Positions 26,356 through 41,126 are shown, counted from the stretch's first letter. The stretch is DNA of 64,000 nt from Eledone cirrhosa (GCA_964016885.1 OZ024740.1:195238001-195302000); one strand, 5' to 3'. The notes: generated by a model from the sequence alone, not told the origin. Numbers and translations: made by a program.

Positions 26356-27489
26356 CGGATAGTACGATCTATACGTGGATATTTTACGTCTTGATTTGGT
26401 AGCTAAGTATATGTTATGTTTATACCATTACTTATTTGTATAGGTAAGTATATATTACCTGTATGTTTTGTGTAGGTATGTATACTTTCTTGTACGTATA
26501 TTTGATTGTATATGTTATGGCGTATATTTTATATATTCTGGTACATATGCTTTTGGTTATCTGTATATGGGAGTGTTGAGTCTGTGTGAGTGTGCGGGTT
26601 CGTACGTATGTTGGGTGTGTGTATATGTGTACTTCATGTTTTGGTTGACGTACGTCTCCGAACATTTGTGTATTTACATGTAGGTATGTGTGTGTGCTTG
26701 TTATATACGTATTTATTTATTTATATACGTTTATTTAATTACTTATTTATCTGTATACACGCACACATACACACACATATTTATATGTATGTGCATGGTT
26801 TTGTATACCTATGGCGAGTGTTTTGCGTATGCTTGTGTATGTACGTATTTGGATGCGTCTATGTATTTATTTAATTTCAATTACCTCTGTATTGTATTTT
26901 ATTTACTTTATTCTTAACTCTGAAGCGGAGAATCTTTCGGTTTCCTAGTTAGAATTTTAGTCTACGACTTCAGCTATACCATTTATGTGGTTTTGTCTTT
27001 GTGTGCAATTGTTCTCCACGCTCCACATATGACGTATTATCTTCATTTTTCCGTTCATTGCCAGAGAACGTGTCTATGAACCACCTAAGAGAACATTGGT
27101 CTACGACTTCTTTTATACCATAAACGTGGTTCCGTCTCTGCGTGTAATTGTTTTTCACTGCTCCTATTAATGACGTATTATATTCGTTTTTTCCCGTTCT
27201 TTGCCAGGTAACGTTTCCACGCACCAAAGTATCGTCTTCCTGTCTTCCTCCGGTTGCAACGTTTTTTGAAATATTCACTTCTGCGTTTACAGATTGACTT
27301 TGTTAGTTTCAGAAGATCATGTAAAGGGTGAAAGCAGCGATTCTTTGCTTAAACTTTAATCTGTTATTTTAATAAATATTTGCTCTACGGTTCTTATATA
27401 TTTAATATATATTTATCCTTATCGAGCCCTCTTTGGATTTTAGTCTTCAAATTTATTATTATTACTATATATATATATATAAAATAACT

Positions 27490-29908
27490 TACAAGAGGCG
27501 ACAGATGAGGTCTGTGGCTAGAGTAAGACCACAAGCAGGAGGAGAGTGACTTGGTGGTGGAACAATAAGGTAGATGAGGCAGTTAAGGAAAGAATGGAAG
27601 AACGGGGGGAGCAGGGTACATTACATAGAGACCAAGAGGGAAGCTAGGCGACAAGTATACTTAGCTAGGAGGGAAGCAGAGGATAGAAAATTCAAGCATG
27701 TTTTGCAACGTGAGGACCAGAAACAGGAGGAGATTGCGAGGCAGTGTGTCAGAGAGAATTGTGATGTCATTGGAGAGAAGTGTATCCGGAATGATAAAGG
27801 TGAGCTTACCCTCACAAGTGCTGAGAAGAAAGATGCATGGAAGAGTCATTATGATAGATTACTAAATGAGGAGAATGCATGGGAAGAAGAGACCCTACCC
27901 CAAGTAGACCCTATAGAGGGGCCAGCAGTACAAGTCAGCAGCAGCGTAGTAAGTAAGGCAATCAAAGATATGAAGATGGGGAAGGCAACCGGTCCATCGG
28001 GTATAGCTACCGAGATGCTGAAGGCATCTGGGTCTGTAGGTCACACTATAACCACATGTATTGTTAACCAGGTAATACTAGAAGGTGTCATACCAAAAGA
28101 TTGGTGCAGTAGCATCATTGTCAACTGCTACAAAGGTAAAGGTGATGCACTCGATAGAGGAAACTATAGAGGTATAAAGCTGATGGACCAGGTCATGAAA
28201 GTAACAGAAAGAGTTATAGCACAGTTGATTAGGGACCGGGTGAAACTAGATGAGATGTAATTTGGGTTTGTACCAAGAAGAGACACCACTGATGCCCTCT
28301 TCCTTGTGAGGCAGTTACAGGAAAAGTACCTAGCTAAAAGTAAGCCACTCTACCTTGTATTCGTCGATCTCGAGAAAGCTTTTGACAGAGTTCCACGTGC
28401 TGTAATCTGGTGGGCTCTTAGAAAATTAGGAGTAGCTGAATGGCTTGTGAAAGCTGTACAAGCCATGTATAGGGGAGCAGTCAGCAAAGTTAGGATTAGC
28501 AATGAGTATAGCGAGGAATTTAGCGTACAGGTTGGGGTCCACCAGGGCTCTGTTCTTAGCCCTCTCCTGTTCATCATAGTCCTGCAGGCAATAACGGAGG
28601 AATTTAAGACCGGATGCCCATGGGAACTCCTGTATGCTGATGACCTCACACTTATAGCTGAATCTATGGTAGAACTAGAGAAGAAATTCCAAACTTGGAA
28701 GCAGGGACTAGAAAGAAAGAGTCTCAAAGTCAACATGACAAAGACTAAGGTCCTTGTAAGTAGACGAGAAAACAGAACCCAGATCCCCCCAGGGAAATGG
28801 TCTTGCTCAGTATGTAGGAAAGGTGTAGGTAGGAACTCCATTATCTGCCCCAAATGCAAACAATGGGTACACAAGAGATGTAGCGGGATCTCAGGAAGCT
28901 TAATTAAGAATGTAGGCTTCACATGCAGCAGCTGTTCTAGGACAGCAAGCAGGAAACAGCCACATGAGACAAGTACCACCAATCTCTGGGAGGGCTCTGT
29001 AGAGACAGTAGACAGCTTCTGCTACCTAGGTGACTGAATTAGCAGCGGAGGTGGGTGTTCAGAAAGTACAATAACTAGGGTAAGAACGGGATGGAAGAAG
29101 TTCAGGGAACTACTACTACTGCTAGCTGCAAAAGGCTTCTCCCTCAAAATGAAAGGCAGACTGTATGATGCGTGTATCCGAACAGCAATATTACATGGTA
29201 GTGAGACCTGGGCGCTGAAGGTGGAAGACTTACGTAGATTAGAGAGAAACGAAGCCTGCATGCTCCGATGGATGTGTAATAGTAATATACGCGAACGACA
29301 AAGCTTAAATGAATTGAGAGAGAGACTGAGCATAAGAGGAATCAAATGCTGTGTACAGGAGAGGCGGTTGCGTTGGTATGGACATGTGATGCGTATGAAG
29401 GATGACAGCTGCATAAAAAGGTGCAGAGCACTAGAAGTCGATGGAAACCGCGGAGTGGGGAGACCCAAGATGACCTGGTATGAGGTGATAAAAGCCGACC
29501 TTACCCAATTACACCTCTCAAAGGCGATGACACACGACCGTGACCTCTGGCGTCACGCAGTAATACAGAGTACCCGACCTCCCATGGGTACAAGCTGAAG
29601 AATATAGACAATATGCCTCCACACCCTCCCACTGCAAGGCGGTCATGGAGGTGCCACGGCAAAAAAGCACCCAGTCCACACTGTAAAGTGGATGTGTAGG
29701 CACCACGAAAAAGTACCCAGCACTCACTGTAAATGAGGTTGGTGTTAGGAAGGGCATCCAGCTGTAGAAATCAAGCCAAATCAGTTCCTGTATGAGCAAG
29801 GCATGGTCAGCCGACCAGACACTGCCCACAACAGGACAACCCGTCTAGCCCATGCTAGCGTGGAAGAACGGACGTAAAACGGTGATGATGATGATGATGA
29901 TGATGATG
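27490..29908 (+). mobile_element. 5'-truncated RTE-clade LINE with in-frame stops, 3' UTR and (GAT)n tail
   Basis: ORFs 27574..28260, 28306..29037 and 29149..29598 are consecutive RT-PHD pieces homologous to 17046..18506. Confidence 0.95.
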
Positions 29909-30200
29909 ATATGTGTTGTTTCCTTGAGCAAGACACTTTATTTCACCTTTCTCCAGTTTACTCAGCTGTAGAAATGAGATGATAGTCCCTATCATTCCAC
30001 TCCAAAGTGGTCGTGGAGGTGCCATGGCAAAAAAAGCACCCAGCACTCACTGTAAATGAGGTTGGTGTTAGGAAGGGCATCCAGGTGTAGAAACCAAGCC
30101 AAACTCAGTTCTGCATGAGCAAAATATGGCCCTCCGACCTGGTTGTTTCACAACAGCACAACACATGGAAAATGGACATTAAACAATGATGATGATGATT
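29909..30200 (+). mobile_element. 5'-truncated CORE/RTE-tail SINE
   Basis: Homologous to the reverse complement of 16590..16790. Confidence 0.8.
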
Positions 30201-30436
30201 ATATATATATATATATAAAGAATAAAAGATGAAATCGAAAATGCAACTGGAGTCTTATTTTTTAAAAATACCGGTTTCGCAGTTCTTCTGCTTTTCAAAA
30301 ATAGAGTTGAGATGGAGGGTCTGTGGTTTTTCTCATATAAGCAGAAGGGATATTCAATTTGTTGGTAATTCAACAAAATATAAATGTTTATAACTGATTC
30401 AGAGCATTCAACAGACTTTCTGGAGTATAATATACA

Positions 30437-30731
30437 ATATTTATAAAACCATATTTATTCTATTATATATATTTCAAGGGTACCAAAATTTTGGTACACT
30501 ATCATCAGATAAAATACAAAATGTTTTATAAATATTTAACATAACCAAGGATAATATACCTTAACGGTTCAAGTTATCCCTGGAAAGTTGATAACTTGAA
30601 CCGTTAAGGTATATTATACTTGGTTATGTTAAATATTTATAAAACATTTTGTATTTTATCTGATGATAGCGTACCAAAATTTTGGTACCCTTGAAATATA
30701 TATAATAGAATAAATATGGTTTTATAAATAT
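30437..30731. repeat. Fold-back inverted repeat (142-bp arms, 11-nt spacer) carrying one HHR motif per arm
   Basis: Arms 30437..30578 and 30590..30731 differ at two positions by manual comparison; HHR at 30652..30712 (+): tattttat-CUGAUGA-stem II-GAAA-tatata-UA-atagaata. Confidence 0.9.
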
Positions 30732-31631
30732 AGTTTCCATTTATTTAATATCATTGTATATATATATATATATTTATAAACATGTATTTTTGTTTCATGT
30801 GTTTTTTCTTTGTTTATCTTTTTGTTATATATGTATGATTTGTTTCTTTTATTTCTCTCTCTCTACCTCTTTAAATTATATATTCTCCAAAGCTGGCTAC
30901 AGAGTTTTATGTATGGGCAAAAGTAGGTAGGATGTGTACAACCTGGAGAGGAGGTTATGAGATAAGATGTCTTAGATTTGCATTGAAATAATAAAAGAGA
31001 AAGAAATTTTCAGCAGGAGAAGTGTAATAAAAGACAGCTTGTCATTGCAAGGAAAGTTGAAGACAAATGTTTAAAAAACCAAAAAGAGAAAATAAAAATT
31101 CAAGACAGCACATCCCAGTCAAATACCTTAAAAGTAAAATAAAATAAAAAAAAATAAAAAAAAAGATGATTAATACAAAATAAAAAAAATATTAATTAAG
31201 TAGAATGGTTCATATATGTATAAAGAAAGAAAAATGAAAGAAAAATGAAAGAATAAAGGAAGAGGGGGGACAAAATTAATAGCAGAAGAAGTAGAATAGT
31301 AGTAAAATAAACATTAACCCTCAAACCTCTTGTTGTATGACACAGTGTGTGAGGAGAGAGAGAGAGCACACTATTATAAAAAGACACTAAGTACACTCTG
31401 CAAGATTGTTGGCATATGGAAGGGCATTCAGCAATAGAAACCATGCCATATATGAAATGTAGGAGCAAGGTGGAGATCTCTCAGACTTACTTTGCCTCAG
31501 ACCATGATAACCTATCCAACCCATGCAGCAGTGGAAAGCAGACATAAAACTAAAATAATAATGATGGAGATGATGATGATGATGATAGTGATGGTTGTGG
31601 TGGTTGTGGTGGTAGTGGTGGTGATGATGAT

Positions 31632-31684
<53 letters not shown>

Positions 31685-31839
31685 GATAAATATGGAATAA
31701 AATTGAAGAACCCAGGAACAACACAAGTATATGTATGTACAATATGTTACCATAGTGGTTTCTACAAAGCTGTGATTCTACAAGCGACAATGTAACTTGC
31801 TTCATTAGCCGATTTTAGATATCGTAACCACTTAATCCA

Positions 31840-32117
31840 CTATACCCCCTTCCATACACCCCTACACCACCCTTCCACTGTAAAGTTATGTTGGTATCAC
31901 AAAAACATCCAGCCCACACTGTAAAGTGGTCGTGTAGGTGTCATGGCAAAAAGCACCCAGCACACACTGTAAATGGTTGGCGTTAGGAAGGGCATCGAGT
32001 CGTAGAAATCTAGCTAGAAACAGTTCTATATGAGTAAGACATGGTCACATGATCCAACTTGCCTCTAATGGGACAACCCATCTAACCCATGCTAGTGTGG
32101 AAAATGGACGTTAAACA

Positions 32118-32162
<45 letters not shown>
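31840..32162 (+). mobile_element. RTE 3' UTR or SINE tail fragment
   Basis: Similar to 57090..57660 (cactgtaaag subrepeats, ggaagggcatc, terminal hairpin, (GAT)n). Confidence 0.75.
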
Positions 32163-35100
32163 TGACCATTTGGTAACCACCAGAATAACCAAGGTGAGAA
32201 CATGAACTGAATCATATGAAATTGACGACAGACTTACAATTCTCTCTCCTGAGACAGGAAACACCTTCAAAGAGTTCAACTGCATATTAAATAAACCAAA
32301 GTCAGGAGTATTCTAGAAAGGTGTTAGACATACATATGTCCTATATAACACATCTTTAGTTGTCTAAAAGTGAGAAGACATATTATTATGAATGTGCTCA
32401 ATAAATAAATAATTAACTATAATTTAGAAAATTTAGAGTATTGATATGCTTATATGATAAGCATGGAACAGAGTTTGAGAGATCGTAAAATATATGCACA
32501 CATGCACACACACGTGAGAGAGAGAGAGAGTGTGTGTTTAATGCAAGTATTTAATATCTAGCCTCCATTGAAAGTCATGACACTTGAAATATTGATACCT
32601 ACATAGAGCTTATTTTTTAAATTAAAGTGTGTACACAGTACATTCTAAAATATATTATATTCTTTTTCTGTATAATTGATATTCTTGGTCATTGGATTCA
32701 GAGTATCATGCTCGCATGCATACACACAAATGTACACACACACAAATGTACACACAATACACACATATGTACACACACATATATATCATCATCATATTCA
32801 TCATTTAACGTCCATTTTCCATGCTAGATGATGATATATATATATAATACAAACATTCAAAAAGCACCCAGCCCACACTGTAAGGTGGTCATGTGGGAAC
32901 CACAATAAAAAGCACCAGGTCCACACTGTAAATGTGGTTGGCATTAGAAGGGGCATCCAGGCATAGAAAACAAGCCAAAATCAGTTCTGTGTGTGCAAGA
33001 TACAGTCATCTAATCTGGCTTGTCTAACATATGCTAGCATGAAAAAAAATGAACGTTAAACAATGATGATGATGATGATGATGATGCCACATATACAGTA
33101 CAAAACAAACACATATATATGTAGTACAAACATACATATATATTGTGCAAATACACACATACATATAGTACGAAGACACATATATATAGTACAACGACAC
33201 ATATATATAGTACAACGACACATATATATAGTACAAACACATATATAGTACGAACACACATATATATATATATTGTACAAACACACATATACACTGTGAA
33301 CATATATATAATGTTGCAAAAATGAAAAATGATTTCAGAAAGATCTTGAATCACTTAGTTTTCACTCTAACAGAATCAAGTGATAAATATAATCATATTC
33401 ATTTGAACAATTTGTTTTCAACAGGTGTGCATAACAACAACACAATGTGGTGCCACAGCAGACTGCTAAAATTAGTAAATTTTCCGCAGGCATCCATTCA
33501 CATAAAACATCTTGAAACTTAGTTTCTACTTTCTTAATTATTAAAAGAATATTTGAATTTGCTTGTAATTAGAAGTCTGTTCTTTCGTGCTGCAGAAAAA
33601 AATCTACTTATAGAGAGGTTGTTGTTTTTTTTTTTTGTTTTCTAACTAACCTAGGAGTCACTTGACCAGCAAAAAATAGCAGCCAATTCCCTTTCTTAGA
33701 ATAAAAAAAGGGGGGGGGGCATTGATTAATGTGGTTCTAGGTGCACCATTAAATCTAATCCAGGGCCTTCTCACTCCTGTTGGAGGAACCTCTCCTTGGT
33801 TGACCTCCACCACTTTCTGTTTGGTTTTATCATGTCGGGGATATAGCCATACCCACCATGCTTGGCCAATTGTAGGTTGGTGAGAATATTTGACCCATAG
33901 TTGGGGTGGATGGCTGTTGATTCTGAGGAGTTCATCCGTCCTTTTTACCGCTCTTTTTATTTGTGCTGCTGTGGTCCTACTTATCCTCCTCACCAGACCA
34001 CGGTCTGGTGGGGAAGCCGATTTAGTCTCCAGCCTCTCAACGATGAAGCAGGCTGTACTGCGTTACATGGTACCAGTAGCAGGCAGGAGCCAGACATGAC
34101 CATATGTCCACCATACCTAAATTAAAACACAGGATTTTCATGCCGAGTTGACCACAGCTGAAAGATGTAATGTTCATCTGCTGTTTTAAGAAGTCCCTGC
34201 GTATGAAATTAATTACTGTAAATGAAGTTGGTCACAAAACAGTATCTACTTTTTAGACAGAACAGTTTTTCTCCAGATGACCCAAAATTATATTGTTTTT
34301 TTCCACAGACCTAACGTCATAGTTCAAATAAGGTTTCTTTTTTGTTTGTTTGTACAGCCCACAGCTAATACAGAAGATATCCAAATAACTACAAAAAAAG
34401 GGAAAATATTTTAATATGTAGAAAAAAAAATCATTTTCTATATTTTGCTTAGTAATAGTCATTGATAAAAAGTCTGAGCTTCCTAGCTTCAGTAATTTCT
34501 CAGATACTAGACTACACACTGTAGCAATCAATCAAGCAAGCAAACATATTGTATAAAAACAGTGGCACCTAAATTTTTCGGCACTTAATTTGCTCTTATA
34601 AGTGATGGTGGTGGTTGTAGTGGTTGTGGTTGGCAAGGAAATGATGTTAGTGGTGCACAATAACAGTGGGCATGATCATGTGGTGATTGCGTGTTTTTCA
34701 CCAACTTGTTCAATGGAAACTAGCTTCCATTCAACACATTATCCAACAAGTGATAGCTGGAGCAGAATAAATACCAGAAAAGAACATAGAAAATTGCCCA
34801 GTTGGTATCATTTTGCCTTTTGAACTAGAATTTTGTAATTTCAAAAACTTTTTACAAAAAATAACAACAATAATAATAATTAAAAAAACACTCATACACC
34901 AAAACTAATGATGAATAAACTTTAGTTATAGCAGAATATTTAAAGAAAAAAAAAGTGGCATTCCTCTTCAATGTTTCCAGAATGTTCTTCTAACTCTCTA
35001 ACTAGTTGCAATTAACTTGGCTCTTCCATTTATTTTATTATCGTGGTCGAGATAGTTTATTTAGTATCGTTAGTGTTAATGCTAAAGTTAATGCAATGCC

Positions 35101-37083
35101 AAAGCTATGCTAGCTAGCCAGATAGACAGCCAGACAGACAGTCAGCGGGCCAGGCAGACAACTAGCTTAGCTTAGCTTCACTGAGAGAAAACTACTTTAT
35201 CAATTCTAAACCACACCAATATTTCATTCTCACGAATAAATGACTACTTTTGTCACAATGAAACTCTTAAATTCTTAATGAAATCCAACACCTTGATATT
35301 AGTTGGGTTAGCAATTTTTCTTTGAGAACCTATCTTTAGTCTGACACTTAATAGTGTTTCGTCAATATATACCTTTACAACAAATGTCTGGCATCTAATA
35401 CAGCTCTCTATTCTCCCCACTCTAGATTTTTTTTTCCTGATATCATTGTTAGCTTGTTTGTTTGCTTTTTTGTTTCTTTATCGTTTATTTATTTTTCTTT
35501 CTTTTATCTATCTTTTTATGTCTATTCTCAGTATTCATCATCATCATCATCATCCCCGTTTTACGTCCGTTCTTCCATGCTAGCATGGGTTAGACGGGTT
35601 GTCCTGTTGTGGTGGGGAAGGAAAACAATTAGTTTACATGTGATCCAAATGTTTCTGTTTCAAATCACCTCTAAATCATTCTGTGGTAGAGACAATATGG
35701 TAGAAGACAAAATGCCCTGTAGTATCTGTTCTGGCTCTCTCAACTCTGAGTTCAAATCCTGCCAATGTCACTTTACTGCATGACATAGTTTTGATGCTAA
35801 TAAAATAAAATATCAACCCAGGATGGTATTTTATTTTATGTACCATGGCCTAGTGGTTGGACTTATGATCATGATTTCATGGGCTTCATTCCTGGACTGG
35901 GTTGTGTGTTGTGTTCTTCAGCAAAACATTTCATTTCACATTGCTGCAGTATACTCAGCTGAAATAGCTGGGATTTAACTCTGCAATGGACTGGCATCCT
36001 GTCCAGGAGAAAGTCTTGTACTCTCAGTTGCTTAATGCCCTGGAAACCAGGATAAGCACCAGCATAAGAGATCGGAAGAGATCCCTTGTGATATTTGATC
36101 TGGCTATTTGAATTTTGAGTTCAAACAGCACTGAGCTTGCTTGGGTGACCCTCCATCCATCGCTTAGTTTAAAACAACTATTTGGTCCTTTGAGGCCTTT
36201 AGCAGAGTCTACTTTGTAGCAAACATTCTGATCAGCTCTCCAGCTTAAGGATACCTTCCTCCTTTCTTTCTGCCACTCTCTATATCAGCAGCCACATTCC
36301 TCCACTTATGATCCTGATTAAAAATGTCTAACATTCAATAAATAAGTCCACCAAGCTCAAAGTAATTTAATCAAAGGCATCCCAGCTGAAACCATCATGC
36401 TTTTCTCTTTTTTTTTTTTGTATATCTTAGTTTTAAGCCATTACTTCAATCCAGGCTGAGCAATAGACCATCTGCCCAGACCTGTCATGTTTGCATCTAG
36501 ATTGCTATCTGTTCTGCATCACACCAGGTCTATGTTGTCATGTTTCAAATAATTGTTTCTAGATCTATTTAAGCCTTCTCACTGATAAAGTTTCCAATTC
36601 AATATATCTTTCAGTATTCTTCCAATACTCATAATCAGTACTGAACTCAGCCACCTTAAACTTGTTCTCATTCTCATTCATAAATCTCATTCGATGTTTT
36701 TATTTTACCCTATTCCAAATATAGTATTCTGTATCATAATAATTACAAACCTGTATATATCTTACGACATGTATACACACATTCACAGAAACACATATTT
36801 TTTGTTTACTTTAGAGAAATTCTTAGAGAAAAAAAGAAGAAGTCTTGTAAGAGATGTTAATTTAATAAATGAAATTATATCCACTCTACTTTATGTATTG
36901 AGTACTGAGACTTAAAATGTTGTTCTCTCTATCTTAAACAGGAATATTTACAAATACACACACACACTTATACATATATATGTATATATATATATCACTG
37001 GATATCGATCTAAATCCTTATGAAATATATATATATATTCAATAAGGGTTTAGATCGATATCCAGTGCTATATATATGTGTGT

Positions 37084-37118
<35 letters not shown>

Positions 37119-38518
37119 TGTTTAAGTATATATTTATAGCGAAAATATGGAAATATGCATTCAAGTAAATGTAATACAAATTATTTCTACAAAACAATAC
37201 ACAAAGAAACATTACATTTTCAAGTTTAATAAGAAACTAAGTACAAATTATTATCATCATTAATATTTAACATCCGTTTTCCCTATTAACATGGATTATA
37301 TATACACACACACATGTATACACACATATATACACACACACACATATACACACATATATATATATATACACACACATATATCTATCTATATATGTATATA
37401 TTACACACACACATACAGATATTTTGTAATAACAAATATTTGAAAATATTCTATATACATTCTCAATAGCCAAAAAAATCAGATTTTCTTTCAGACAGGT
37501 TTGCAATAAGTGCATTTTCTGCAAGATACTGAATGCCCGTTACATTAATATTTTTCACCAGCAAAAAGCAAACTGGAATAAAGGACTAAGAAAGATAAAA
37601 ATAAATTTCAATAAATATTTTAAGAAATATTATGATTGAAAGTTTTATGAATATTCAAGATATTTCAAGTTGAAAAATTAATAATTCAAATATTTCGAAA
37701 TATATTTTGGAAAAAAAAAAATATATATATATATTATATATATCATATGTAGACAAAGAGAGAATGGAAATGGGTGAAGAAGCAGGTGAAAGTAAAGGAG
37801 AAATAGACAGAGAGATAAAGAGAAAGTAAGAGCAGAACTTTTCAAATAAAATGTTTAGAATCAGCAAAAATCTTTCCTTCACAAGAATTGAAAATTTTTT
37901 TTTCCCCAACAATTTGGTTTTATGTTTGGTGACGATTCTAATAACATGGTCTATCTTTAACACCATTTATGCAGAAAATAGGATTACGAAGAATATGGAA
38001 GCTAGGAAGATTAATTGCACTAGAAGACGCTTGAAATGAAACTCCCATATTTAGCCTCAAATATGATGAGTCATCTATGTAAGACATTAGATGCCAGCAT
38101 ATTAGTTCCAGAGCAGTATAAGCTGCTAATATTCACAAAACACTCTTTTTCACCGTTGTCAGCAGGAGGGACGGGGGAATCATTTACAAATATCAACAGA
38201 AAAATAACCAGAAAAATTTTTTAAAACTAAATTATTCTTCATATATGAATGGCTTGAGCAATATAGTTTGGGATAGGATGTTTGTGTGTAGATACTCATT
38301 TTGTGTATAATATATATATGTATGAGGTTATAGTGTAACATATAATGATAAGGTCTGTTTTTTCTCCACAATTGATGAAATACTCTAGCCGCATTGAAAC
38401 AACCATAGTCGTATAAATAAATAATAATAATACTAATCCTTAGTCTTATTGAATTTTATATATATATGACAAATAAGTATGTTTTGAAACAGTGAGCTAG
38501 TTTGAAAATTGAAACAGA

Positions 38519-38706
38519 AGCTTTCGCTGTGTTTTTTTACTAAAGAAATTGTAGCCTGATAGTGGGGTTTAGAACCCTCTAAGAAATGGGAAAAAAGTGA
38601 GTATTGACGTACATGTACATCAATACTTATCTTTTTCCGTTTCTTAGAGGGTTCTAAACCCCACTATCAGGCTAAAATTTCTTTAGTCAAAAATACGGCG
38701 AAAGCT
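38519..38706. repeat. Imperfect spacerless palindrome (~94-bp arms) ending in CGAAAGCT
   Basis: agctttcgctgtgttttt...tgacgtaca|tgtacatca...aaaaatacggcgaaagct. Confidence 0.8.
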
Positions 38707-38839
38707 ATTTCTATTTTATTTTATTCTATATATATTGTAGTAAAAACTTGGCATAATATCCGAGGGTTAAGAACACTCAATGTGTAAGAAGAGTTATGTA
38801 TAGTCAGCTATAACAGTGATATATATTTCATTTTCATTC

Positions 38840-39170
38840 ATTTCATTTTTACGTCTGCTTTTTCCCTGCTTGTAAGGGTGGGACGGGAACTGATTCTGGC
38901 TTGATTTCTACAGCTGGATGCCCTTCCTAACACCAACCTCATTTACAGTGAGTGCTGGGTGCTTTTTTGCCGTGGCACCTCCACGACCACTTTGCAGTGG
39001 AATGGTAGGTACCCCAGTCCCTATCATCTCATTTCTACAGCTGAGTAAACTGGAGCAATCTGAAATAAAGTGTCTTGCTCAAGGAAACAACACATCACCC
39101 GTTCTGAGAATTGAACTCACAACCTTTCAATTGCAAGCCCAATGCTCTAACCAGTAAGCCATGTGCCTCC
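38840..39170 (-). mobile_element. Full-length tRNA-CORE-RTE SINE
   Basis: Highly similar to 16565..16866, with A and B boxes, CORE-like segment and RTE terminus. Confidence 0.85.
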
Positions 39171-39772
39171 ATATATATATATATATATGCTCACTTGTAG
39201 TGAGACTTGCTATCATCTTGTTTCTAACTACCTGTCTGATGAAAACACGTCAAAGGGAAATTATGCAATCACTTTCATGTCTTTGAATTACATAACACAG
39301 GATTATATAATAAAAAGATGTATAGTTAAAACCGTCTCTTCTTTATAATATATATATATATATTCATTTTATTATAGAAATTACTTCTACAGGACTAGAA
39401 CTGTTTCCTTCATAAGTCATCATCTGATTATTTCTTACAAATGAAACAGTTCTAGTCCTGTAGAAGTCATCACTATACTAAAATGAATATACCTACACTC
39501 TACTAATGTATGGAGAACTTTTTTTGACAGTGGTCACTTCCTGATTTACATCAGGATCCTATATATCAGATTTATATATATATCAACTTCATTATCATCA
39601 CTTAACATTCCCTTTCCCTTCTAGCAAGGGTTGGAGGGGGTCATCAGTAGAATAGGTTGGTACTCAAGCAGAGGAACTGACCCTACAGATGGGACAGGAT
39701 TATGCATCTCCCTTACATACACATTCCTGTATATATACTCACGCACAAACACACACGTACCTATTTATATGT

Positions 39773-39808
<36 letters not shown>

Positions 39809-41093
39809 CTGGTTTTACTGGTTTCAGTAATTAGACTGCAAACATTCAAGGATTTATTTTTACTTATTTATCAGTTTCCCGAACTAAATTAACAAACAGC
39901 AACAGTTTTAAAGGTGGTGTAAATGTAAACACAGGTACAAAGGATAAACACAGAGACACACAACAGACTTCCACACAGTTTCTGTCAACCAAATTTCATT
40001 CACAAGTCATTGGTAAATCCAAGACTACAGTAAAAGACACTTATCTAAAGTGCCATGCAGTTGGACTAAACATAAAACTATGTGGCTATGAAGCAATCCA
40101 TCCATCCATACATACATACATACATACATATACATATACATAATGCTAGCAGGGAAAATTAATGTTAAACGATGGTGATGATACATGTATGTATGCATAC
40201 ACACATACATTCACACATATACAGTTTTTCACTTTAAATATACATCATTTTTAACACATTAGCATTCACATATGCTGGCAGATATGTTGGTGTATTTATA
40301 TAAAAACTGTGAAACAAAACTCAGCAACTTTCTTTGTGATTTAAGGGTGGCTTTTTAGTTGGCACCAAAGATATTGTGACAAGGAGATTGTTGGCTAGTT
40401 TGAACAAACAGTACCATCTTTATGACAAGTCAGATTTAGCTGACTTGAAGGATAAAGGTTTAAATATACATCAACAGCTATGATTAATAAGTTCCCAAAC
40501 CAAATTGAATCACTCAAGCATTTTTAGCACTTTTTTGTATTGAATATAGAAATAATTTTAAATCTTACAAATAAATCACCTATAAATCTTTCCAGCAGGA
40601 ATTTATCGATCTTTATGATATCCAAATGATATATATTTTTTAAACTTTGACATTGTACAATATATTTCCATTTGGACATTTCTCCAGTTTCAGGAGTCAG
40701 TCATTTCTTTTTCTAGCTTCTTTCCAGATGTCCCTTCCTTTCACAAAATCATTCAATTATTCTCAATTTGGTATTCACAAGACAGGTATGGCTGTGTGGT
40801 TCAAAAGTTCTCTTTGCAACCATCTTGTTCCATGTTCAATCCCAGTGTGCAATGTCTTCTATGGTAATTTATGGGTTTGTAAGAAGAATTTTGTAGACAG
40901 AAAATGAGCAGTAGGCCACCACCATTATCACAAACATCATTATATGCCCATTTTTCCCACTAGCAAAGATTAGACAGGTATCAACAGACTGGATATGATC
41001 CTATACCCAACTGAGTGCATTTTGTCAAGCCATCAGCAAGCCATCAGCAAGCCATCACTTGTCATGTCTTTGATACAGCTGAAGAGTCATCTC

Positions 41094-41126
<33 letters not shown>

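Larger units (their letters stand above)
23584..27463 (+). mobile_element. Near full-length Penelope-like retroelement with direct pseudo-LTRs
   Basis: Direct repeats of about 620 bp at 23584..24203 and 26847..27463 flank an RT-GIY-YIG ORF; the 3' end abuts (TA)n. Confidence 0.93.

Noticed and set aside
33760-34100. GC-richer stretch with small ORFs
   Set aside because: No recognisable motif or boundaries; probably an unidentified repeat fragment.
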